Assembly (NCBI GenBank): GCA_963761145.1
Contig: CAVXFU010000004.1
Coordinates: 533,904-557,903, forward strand
Reading direction: 5' to 3'
Source: Pyrinomonadaceae bacterium
GTDB taxonomy: Bacteria; Acidobacteriota; Blastocatellia; Pyrinomonadales; Pyrinomonadaceae
DNA: 24,000 bases
Shown piece by piece: positions 17,977 to 24,000 of this stretch (position 1 is the first letter of the stretch; the number at the start of each line of letters is the position of its first letter). Under the pieces are notes generated by a model. The model ran no database searches. It saw nothing but the letters and a program-made list of their open reading frames with translations, and had not been told where the DNA came from. A program made the translations under genes and the position numbers.

Positions 17977-19370
17977 ATGACTATTCGCTTCGGTACATCA
18001 GGTTGGAGAGCAATTATAGCCGATGACTTTACGTATCAAAATGTGCGGCTCGTGACTGAAGCGATTTGCAGTTATTTGAAAAAAGAATCCGGTCAAAACG
18101 ATCAGACATTAATCGTCGGACATGATTCGCGATTTATGGGCGAAAGTTTTTCGCAGGTTGCGGCGGATATCGCGCAGCGAAAAGGTTTTCGAGTTTTACT
18201 TTGCAATCATCCGACACCGACACCGACGATTTCGCACGCAATTAGACACGAAAAAGCGGTTGGCGGAATAAATTTTACGGCATCGCACAATCCGCCCGAA
18301 TATCAGGGAATCAAGTTTTCAACTGCCGATGGTGCGCCCGCGCTTGCCGGAAATTACGAAACAAATTGAAAGCGGCATTGAAAATTCTGAGCAAGCGGAC
18401 AGATGCGAGCGGCGGAACGATTGAAGAATTTGATGCGCGTCCGAATTATTTGGACGATTTGAAAACTAAGATTCGATTCGATCAAATCGCTAAAGCTAAT
18501 GGTAAATATGCTTACGACGCGCTTTGGGGAACAGGTCGCGGATATTTAGACGCGATTTTGCGTGAGTTCGGCTTGGAAGTTGAAACAATACACGATTGGC
18601 GCGACGTGACTTTCGGCGGCAAATCGCCCGAACCGAGCGAAAAACAGGTTGGCGAACTCAGAGAAACGGTCAAAGCGAAAAATCTAACACTTGGATTAGC
18701 GACCGACGGCGACGGCGACAGATTCGGAATTATTGACAGCACCGGCGCATTTATCCAGCCGAATGAGTTAGTCGCACTTCTGGCAGATTATTTAGCGGAA
18801 AGTCGCGGCTGGAAGGAAGGTTTGGCGAGAAGCGTGGCGACATCGCATTTGATTGATAGAGTTGCCGAAAGTCGCGGCTTAAAACTTTACGAAACGCCGG
18901 TCGGATTCAAATTTATCGGCGAATTGATAAATAAAAACGAAATTATTTTGGGCGGAGAAGAATCCGCAGGTCTTTCCATCAAAGGACATTATCCCGAAAA
19001 AGACGGCATCATCGCCTGTCTGCTGGCGGCGGAAGCGGTCGCGGTGCGCGGAACGAGTTTAACCGAGCAGTTAAACGAACTTTACAAACGCGTCGGGAAA
19101 TTAGAATCGGGCAGAATCGGAGTTAAATTAACCGACGAAATTGCCAAAACATTGAAAGAGAAACTCGCACAGGAACCGTCGGAAATAGGCGGCAAGAAAG
19201 TCGAGAGTATTAATCGGTTAGACGGCGTGAAATTCATTTTCGCCGATAAAAGCTGGATGCTGATGCGTCCTTCAGGAACCGAACCGATGGTCAGAATTTA
19301 CGCTGAAACTGAAAACAAGGATGATTTGGAGGTGCTGCTTGAACAAGGTCGCCATTACTTACTGGGATAA
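17977..19370 (+). pseudogene. Phosphoglucomutase/phosphomannomutase family (alpha-D-phosphohexomutase), interrupted by two closely spaced frameshifts (18346-18350 and 18369-18371)
   Basis: The gene is split into ORFs 17977..18369 and 18366..19370. All four family motifs are intact: 'TASHNPPEY' (catalytic Ser), 'DGDGDRFG' (metal), 'GGEESAG' (sugar) and 'MRPSGTEPMVRIY' (phosphate). The third frame between the breaks reads 'PEITKQIE', which is the expected continuation. The span is 1394 nt (3n+2). Confidence 0.88.
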
Positions 19371-19386
19371 TTCACACACGATTTCG

Positions 19387-19701
19387 ATGCCCGCCGCTTC
19401 ACGCCCGAACCGAGCTAAAGCGCAGTCGAAAACAACGCCGCAATGGTTAATTTTCACCGGAATTGCCGCGATAACTTTTATGCTTTGCATGGCTATCAAT
19501 CTTCGCGCTTATGCGGAAATGAGTCAGGAATTCGAACAAAATGAGCGTTTGAGTTTAGCCTTCGAGCAACTGACAAATGAAAATCTCGGACTTCAAACAG
19601 AAGTTCACAGCTTAAAGAGCGACTCGCGCACGGTCGAGCTTGAAGCTCGAAAAATCGGAATGAGTCGTCCGAATGAAAAAGTTCTTGTGCCGGTAAATTA
19701 G
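19387..19701 (+). CDS. Septum formation initiator family protein (FtsB/DivIC-like)
   Basis: The internal ATG at 19387 gives 104 aa. The protein has one TM helix ('WLIFTGIAAITFMLCMAINL'), a coiled coil ('LTNENLGLQTEVHSLKSD') and 'ELEARKIGMSRPNEKVLV', the typical FtsB/DivIC C-terminal motif. Confidence 0.75.
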   Translation: MPAASRPNRAKAQSKTTPQWLIFTGIAAITFMLCMAINLRAYAEMSQEFEQNERLSLAFEQLTNENLGLQTEVHSLKSDSRTVELEARKIGMSRPNEKVLVPVN

Positions 19702-19806
19702 TTTGCGGAGAACTACTTATTAGCACATTTTGCCTGCCCCGTTAACCTAATCCGCCTTTTGCCTATCCGCTCCGCGTTGCCTACAGGTTATCCTGCCGAT
19801 AAATTT

Positions 19807-19847
19807 GCGGCTGACATTTTCCCGAGTGTCAGCCGCACCACCTTTTT
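19807..19847 (+). terminator. Rho-independent terminator after the ftsB-like gene
   Basis: GCGGCTGACA (19807-19816) pairs perfectly with TGTCAGCCGC (19827-19836) around a 10-nt loop. ACCACCTTTTT follows. Confidence 0.65.
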
Positions 19848-19876
19848 AAATCAACGGATTACGAAATCTATAAGAT

Positions 19877-20149
19877 AGACGGCTATTTGCACTGACAAGA
19901 CGACTGTTTGGATTGACAGGACAGCTATTTGAACTCGAATGACGGGCATCTGAACTCAGATGACGGTTGTTTGCACTGACAAGACGGCTGTTTGCGTTCA
20001 ACTGACGGCTATTTGAACTCCGCTGACGGCTGTTTGTACTTCGCTGACGGCTGTTTGAATTTCAATGACGGGCATTTGAACTTCAATGACGGCTGTTTGC
20101 ACTCTAATGACACTATCCGAGGTTAAAATGACACTATCCCTATTTTTTG
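19877..20149. repeat. Tandem array of 13 x 21-bp units (consensus TGACGGCTGTTTGAACTTCAA), apparently non-coding
   Basis: Units start every 21 bp from 19877 to 20129 with no indel. GAC at unit positions 2-4 is invariant, positions 5-13 are conserved in units 1-11, and positions 14-21 are variable. Stops occur in all six frames within the array. Confidence 0.95.
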
Positions 20150-20268
20150 ATAAAAGCCTGTTAGCAAGCTACTTAGCCTGGATTATCCGGCGATTCGGGC
20201 AAATTTATACTTCTCCTCATCAAAGCGGCGATTTACCGGGAATCGTTTATCCTTTACGATTTAATTGA
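20128..20268 (+). CDS. Candidate small upstream ORF (46 aa) with stop-start overlap onto the deacetylase gene
   Basis: ATG 20128 is preceded by GAGG (20119-22) with a 5-nt spacer. It encodes 'MTLSLFFDKSLLASYLAWIIRRFGQIYTSPHQSGDLPGIVYPLRFN'. Its TGA (20266-68) shares a base with the deacetylase ATG (20268-70). No homology is recognised, and the start sits in the last repeat unit. Confidence 0.25.
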   Translation: MTLSLFFDKSLLASYLAWIIRRFGQIYTSPHQSGDLPGIVYPLRFN

Positions 20269-21197
20269 TGCTGAATTATAGAATCTTTTACTCGCCTTAT
20301 TATTATGCCGACATCGGCGAAAATCACGTTTTTCCGATCAGGAAATTTGAATTGGTCAGAGATAAACTTCTGGCAGATGGAACACTGCAATTGTCAGAAA
20401 TTTTCGAGCCGTCGCCGGCGAAAATCGAAGACGTTCAGCTGGTTCACACCGAAGATTACGTAACTCGTCTCAAAAATGGAACTTTGACGACAAAGGAAGT
20501 GCGGCGGCTCGGTCTGCCGTGGTCGCAGGCTCTCGTGCGGCGTTCATTTCTTGCCACGTCGGGAACGATTAAGGCGGCGAAACATGCGCTCGAAAATCAG
20601 GTTTCGTCAAATCTGGCAGGCGGAACGCATCACGCTTTTCCCGACAGAGGCGAAGGTTTCTGCGTTTTGAACGATGTTGCGGTGGCGATACGTGTTTTGC
20701 AAAAGGAAAATCTGGCGCAGAGATTTCTAATCGTAGATTGTGACGTTCATCAGGGCAACGGCACGGCTTTTATCTTTGAAAAAGATGCCGATGTGTTCAC
20801 TTTTTCAATGCACGGCGCGAAAAATTATCCGCTTTTCAAGGAGAATTCGACCGTTGACATCGAACTTCCCGACCGCACGGGCGACGCGGAGTTTCTCGAA
20901 ATACTAAGCGAAGCCTTACCGAGGATTTTCACGCACGAACCCGATTTGGTTTTTTATCTCGGCGGTGCAGACCCGTTTGAAAATGACAAACTCGGACGGC
21001 TCGGATTAACGATCGAAGGTTTGCGGCGACGCGATGAAATGGTTTTGAACTTTGCCAGAGAAAGGCAAATTCCGATTGTGACGACGATGAGCGGCGGTTA
21101 CGCCAAAGACATAAACGATACGGTCGAAATTCACTGCAATACGATTCGTGCGGTAAAACAAGTATTTGCTGCAAATCAGATGCAATCTGCCAATTGA
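20268..21197 (+). CDS. Histone deacetylase family protein (Zn-dependent deacetylase, HDAC11/class IV-like)
   Basis: 309 aa from ATG 20268. 'GGTHHAFPDRGEGFCVLNDVAVAI', 'DCDVHQGNGT', 'GGADPFENDKLG' and 'SGGY' are canonical arginase/deacetylase-fold HDAC motifs. Confidence 0.92.
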   Translation: MLNYRIFYSPYYYADIGENHVFPIRKFELVRDKLLADGTLQLSEIFEPSPAKIEDVQLVHTEDYVTRLKNGTLTTKEVRRLGLPWSQALVRRSFLATSGTIKAAKHALENQVSSNLAGGTHHAFPDRGEGFCVLNDVAVAIRVLQKENLAQRFLIVDCDVHQGNGTAFIFEKDADVFTFSMHGAKNYPLFKENSTVDIELPDRTGDAEFLEILSEALPRIFTHEPDLVFYLGGADPFENDKLGRLGLTIEGLRRRDEMVLNFARERQIPIVTTMSGGYAKDINDTVEIHCNTIRAVKQVFAANQMQSAN

Positions 21198-21203
21198 TTT
21201 AAA

Positions 21204-21773
21204 CTATTTTTCATTTATAACGCGTTCGATCTCTTCGTCTAAATCGGCTTTGATAAAGTTGTCGAAACCGACAATTTTTTTCGTCAATTTGCCGCTTCGA
21301 TTGAAAACAAAGGTTTGCGGAATTGCGTCGTCACTGCCGAACAAAATCCTAATCAATTCGTCGTCGGGATAACCCAAAACGTAGTTGATTTTCAGACGCT
21401 CGACGAATGACGGAACTTTTACTTTATCTTCATCGCCGCCGACGTGCAGACCGATGATTTGCAGATTTTCGCCGTATTTGGTTTTGAGCTGGTTCAAATG
21501 CGGAATTTCTTCGAGACACGGCGGGCAATAAGTCGCCCAAAAATCAAGCACGATGACTTTGCCTCGATAATCGTTAATCGTTTCGCGGCGATTATCAAAA
21601 AGCGTCCAGCCTAAATTTTCGATGTTTTTTGTCGGCGGCAAAGGCACGTTGGTTTGCGGCACATTATTTATCGAAACCGGCTTGTTGGAAACCGAAACGG
21701 GCGCGGCGGCAGGACGACACGCTGCGCCAAAGCAAACGGCAACGGCAAAAAGGCAAAAGCGAAAAACTTTCAT
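21204..21773 (-). CDS. TlpA-family thiol:disulfide oxidoreductase (thioredoxin-fold redoxin), probable lipoprotein
   Basis: The internal ATG at 21773 gives 189 aa starting 'MKVFRFCLFAVAVCFGAAC', a signal with a lipobox-like Cys. The active site is 'VLDFWATYCPPCLEEIP' (CxxC). Its stop lies 6 nt from the convergent deacetylase stop. Confidence 0.88.
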   Translation of the reverse strand: MKVFRFCLFAVAVCFGAACRPAAAPVSVSNKPVSINNVPQTNVPLPPTKNIENLGWTLFDNRRETINDYRGKVIVLDFWATYCPPCLEEIPHLNQLKTKYGENLQIIGLHVGGDEDKVKVPSFVERLKINYVLGYPDDELIRILFGSDDAIPQTFVFNRSGKLTKKIVGFDNFIKADLDEEIERVINEK

Positions 21774-21779
21774 CGAGAT

Positions 21780-21903
21780 AATGGTAAACGGTATTTGAAA
21801 ATTGGTAAACAGGAAATTCTTAAATTTGCGGTAAATCCAAAACGTCTCGGCGCAAATTTCACAGAACAAATCATTTATTATTTTTCAAATACCGTTTACC
21901 ATT
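21780..21903. promoter_or_regulatory. Divergent control region bounded by a perfect 22-bp inverted repeat (AATGGTAAACGGTATTTGAAAA / TTTTCAAATACCGTTTACCATT)
   Basis: The arms are 21780-21801 and 21882-21903, separated by an 80-bp spacer. Each arm ends 6 nt from a start codon (ATG 21773 on the minus strand, GTG 21910 on the plus strand). A nested 9-bp inverted repeat AAATTTGCG/CGCAAATTT lies at 21822-30 and 21851-59. GGTAAAC recurs at 21783 and 21804. Confidence 0.7.
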
Positions 21904-21909
21904 TAACTC

Positions 21910-22497
21910 GTGAGTTTTTATCCCGCGAAAATCAGCGAACGATTTCACGCGCCGAAAAATGCCGGTCAAGCGGCGAACGCCAACGCGGTCGGGACGCACG
22001 CGACTTTTGTTTGCGGCGCGGTTCTGCGTTTCACGCTGCGAATTAACGCAGATTCAAAACGAATCGAAGAAGCGAAATTCAAATCGAGCGGCTGCGGATT
22101 TTTAATTGCGGCGGCTGAAACGCTGGCGAAATTGATTGTCGGCAAATACTCGACCGAACTTCACAGTCTCGACAAACAATTTTTTGAACGGGAAATCGAA
22201 CAGGAAATCGGAGAGTTTCCCGAAAATCGAACGCATTGCCGCGAACTCGCGCTGAACGCTCTGCAAAACGCGTTTGCCGATTTCAGGCGTGTGCAAATCG
22301 AAGAATGGGTCGGCGAAAAAGCGTTGATCTGTACCTGTTTTAGTATTTCCGAAGAAACGATTGAGAATCTGGTGAAAAAGGATGCGCTCGAAACGGTCGA
22401 AGACGTAACCGATGCGTGTCGCGCGGGCGGCGGCTGCGGTTCGTGCCAGCCGCTTATTCAGGACATTATTGATACGATTTGGCGCGAAGAATTTTGA
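21910..22497 (+). CDS. NifU-like Fe-S cluster scaffold: IscU/NifU N-terminal domain fused to a BFD-like [2Fe-2S]-binding domain
   Basis: 195 aa from GTG 21910, with a stop codon 6 nt upstream in frame. The IscU-type start is 'YPAKISERFHAPKNAG', and the three scaffold Cys contexts are 'FVCGAVL', 'SSGCGFLIAAAE' and 'THCRELA'. The C-terminal 'CTC...CRAGGGCGSC' is a BFD-like 2Fe-2S motif. Confidence 0.85.
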   Translation: MSFYPAKISERFHAPKNAGQAANANAVGTHATFVCGAVLRFTLRINADSKRIEEAKFKSSGCGFLIAAAETLAKLIVGKYSTELHSLDKQFFEREIEQEIGEFPENRTHCRELALNALQNAFADFRRVQIEEWVGEKALICTCFSISEETIENLVKKDALETVEDVTDACRAGGGCGSCQPLIQDIIDTIWREEF

Positions 22498-22524
22498 AAA
22501 AGTTTTTAAACGAGTAAAATATAG

Positions 22525-22533
22525 TGATATAAT
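22525..22533 (+). promoter_or_regulatory. Candidate extended -10 promoter element (TGATATAAT) for the CorC/HlyC gene
   Basis: A perfect TGnTATAAT lies about 58 nt upstream of ATG 22591 in an AT-rich spacer. An 8-nt direct repeat AGATTTCT occurs twice downstream of it. I found no clear -35. Confidence 0.35.
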
Positions 22534-22590
22534 TCAAAAATTAGATTTCTAAAGAGTAAGATTTCTTAATATAAAAACAGTAAATAAATA

Positions 22591-23952
22591 ATGGACGATT
22601 CCTTTAGTAATTTCTTATTTTTCTTCGCCGCTGACCCGACCGTCGCCGTCGAACCCGCAACCTGGGCTTCAATCGCACTTAAAGTTTTCGCAGTAATAGT
22701 ACTCGTTTTCGTTAACGGATTTTTCGTCGCCGCGGAATTCGCGTTTGTCGGCGTGCGGCGTTCGCGCATCGAAACGCTCGCCGCCGAAGGCAACAAAAGC
22801 GCGGTGCGCCTTCTCAATCTGCTCGACAATCTCAACGCTTATTTATCGGCTTCGCAGCTTGGAATCACGCTGGCTTCGCTTGGATTGGGAGCGTTGGGCG
22901 AACCGGTCGTCGAAGCGATTCTCGGCGGCGCGTTGAACAATTTGCCCGAATCAGCCAGACACATCGTCTCTTACGGCATCGCATTTTTCATCGTGACCAG
23001 TCTGCATATCGTTCTCGGTGAACAGGCTCCGAAATTATTCGCGCTCGGCTTGGCGGAAAAAGTGGCGATGTTCACCGCTCTGCCGATGCAGATTTTTTAC
23101 ACTATTTTCAAGCCTTTTATTCACGCGCTCGATTGGGTCAGCGCGAAAACGGCGAATCTTTTCGGTCTGGAAGCGACCAGCGAACACGCTTCGATTTACA
23201 CGGAAGATGAAATTCGCCAGTTAATAAAAGTGTCGGAAGCCAGCGGACACGTCAACAAAGAAGAGCGGCGTTTAATCAATCGTGTTTTTGAATTTTCGGA
23301 AACGACCGTTAAGGAAGCAATGATTCCGCGCACTGAAATTATCGGTGTTTCCGAAGATTGTACGCTCGAAGAAATCGCTGAAAATTTCAAACGTAACGGT
23401 TATTCGCGGATGCCCGTTTGGAGAGCTTCGCTCGACGACATCGCCGGATTTATTCACAGCAAAGATTTAATGACCTATCTGCTTGATCCGGAAAACTTCA
23501 AGTTGGAAAAAGTTCTGCAAAAACCGATGTATGTCGTGGACACAGCCAGGCTCGAAGACGTTTTGCGGCAGATGCAGCGAGCCAAAGCGCATTTCGGCTT
23601 CGTCGTTGATGAACACGGCGGCGTGGAAGGAATTATCACGCTCGAAGACCTTCTGGAAGAAATCGTCGGCGACATTTCCGACGAACACGATGAAGAAGTC
23701 AGCGAGCAATTTCGTAAAATTCAGGACGACGTTTTCATTCTCGACGGCAGTTTAGCGGTGCGCGATTTGAATCGCCGTTTGAATATGAATCTGCCGATTT
23801 CCGAAGGCTACACGACGATTGCCGGTTTTCTGATGAGCGAATCGGGACAAATTCTCAACGAAGGCGAAAGCGTCAAATACAACGGACACACCTTCAAAAT
23901 CGAAAAAGTCCACAAACGCCGCATAATGCAGGTGCGAATGGAGAAAAGTTAG
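22591..23952 (+). CDS. Hemolysin-family / CNNM-type transporter (DUF21-CBS pair-CorC_HlyC)
   Basis: 453-aa ORF. It has an N-terminal DUF21 membrane domain ('VNGFFVAAEFAFV', 'LGEQAPK'). A CBS pair follows ('VKEAMIPRTEI', 'YSRMPV', 'HFGFVVDEHGGVEGIITLEDLLEEIVG'). The C-terminal CorC_HlyC domain contains 'GYTTIAGFL' and 'F.I.....RRI..V'. Confidence 0.92.
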   Translation: MDDSFSNFLFFFAADPTVAVEPATWASIALKVFAVIVLVFVNGFFVAAEFAFVGVRRSRIETLAAEGNKSAVRLLNLLDNLNAYLSASQLGITLASLGLGALGEPVVEAILGGALNNLPESARHIVSYGIAFFIVTSLHIVLGEQAPKLFALGLAEKVAMFTALPMQIFYTIFKPFIHALDWVSAKTANLFGLEATSEHASIYTEDEIRQLIKVSEASGHVNKEERRLINRVFEFSETTVKEAMIPRTEIIGVSEDCTLEEIAENFKRNGYSRMPVWRASLDDIAGFIHSKDLMTYLLDPENFKLEKVLQKPMYVVDTARLEDVLRQMQRAKAHFGFVVDEHGGVEGIITLEDLLEEIVGDISDEHDEEVSEQFRKIQDDVFILDGSLAVRDLNRRLNMNLPISEGYTTIAGFLMSESGQILNEGESVKYNGHTFKIEKVHKRRIMQVRMEKS

Positions 23953-23954
23953 AT

Positions 23955-24000
23955 ATGAAATTTAAATATCTATTTTTTATTGCTACTTTTTGCTTGTTCT
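23955..24000 (+). CDS. Start of a further ORF (partial; hydrophobic signal-like N-terminus)
   Basis: ATG 23955 lies 2 nt after the previous stop and reads 'MKFKYLFFIATFCLF' to the window edge. It is too short to classify. Confidence 0.3.
   Translation, partial: MKFKYLFFIATFCLF

Noticed and set aside
19980-20126. The array as a heptad-repeat peptide gene (21 nt = 7 codons; one frame reads 'DGCLRSTDGYLNSADGCLYFADGCLNFNDGHLNFNDGCLHSNDTIRG')
   Set aside because: That frame has TGA stops in units 1, 2 and 5 and a TAA in unit 12. It has no ATG or GTG start and no SD sequence. The two other plus frames and all three minus frames are also interrupted. The open stretch is under 50 codons.
19877-20149. 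The 21-bp array as a CRISPR array
   Set aside because: The period is only 21 bp, with a 13-nt conserved core and at most 8 variable nt. That leaves no spacers of plausible length. There are no cas genes in the window, and the units are degenerate rather than exact.
20086-20268. The 60-aa track ORF as a full-length gene
   Set aside because: Its first 14 codons are just the last repeat units read in frame, and the ATGs are created by the unit junctions. Only the shorter version from ATG 20128, which has an SD sequence, is kept, and only as a low-confidence candidate.
21777-21795. Fur-box resemblance of GATAATGGTAAACGGTATT (14/19 to GATAATGATAATCATTATC)
   Set aside because: Only the left arm reaches 14/19, and the mirrored arm scores about 11/19 because the GAT is not part of the repeat. 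The match is too weak to name the regulator, so it is kept only as one hypothesis to test.

Overview
This looks like a compact chromosomal segment. It is probably from an Acidobacteriota genome; that is an inference from the TIGR03436-like VWA protein with the 'IDARGL' motif and from a Tes-like radical SAM gene. I support 18 protein genes plus one partial ORF at the 3' edge. They are mostly housekeeping or conserved-unknown: pyruvate kinase, a GH15 hydrolase, an ABC exporter, a phosphohexomutase, an FtsB-like protein, an HDAC-family deacetylase, a TlpA-like redoxin, a NifU/IscU-BFD protein and a CorC/HlyC transporter. I see no rRNA, tRNA, CRISPR array, transposase, integrase or recognisable defence genes. 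Five things stand out. (1) An indel-free array of 13 tandem 21-bp units lies upstream of the deacetylase gene. (2) The divergent tlpA-like/nifU-like control region is palindromic, with a perfect 22-bp inverted repeat ending exactly 6 nt from both start codons. (3) A 676-aa radical SAM gene resembling archaeal tetraether synthase (Tes/GDGT-MAS) is bracketed by the two longest, most AT-rich non-coding tracts in the window. (4) A tightly packed string of VWA, TIGR02587, TIGR02588 and flavin reductase genes may form one unit. (5) Three otherwise intact genes are broken by four apparent single-base insertions, which more likely reflects sequence errors than gene decay. All family assignments come from motif recognition by eye; no searches were run.
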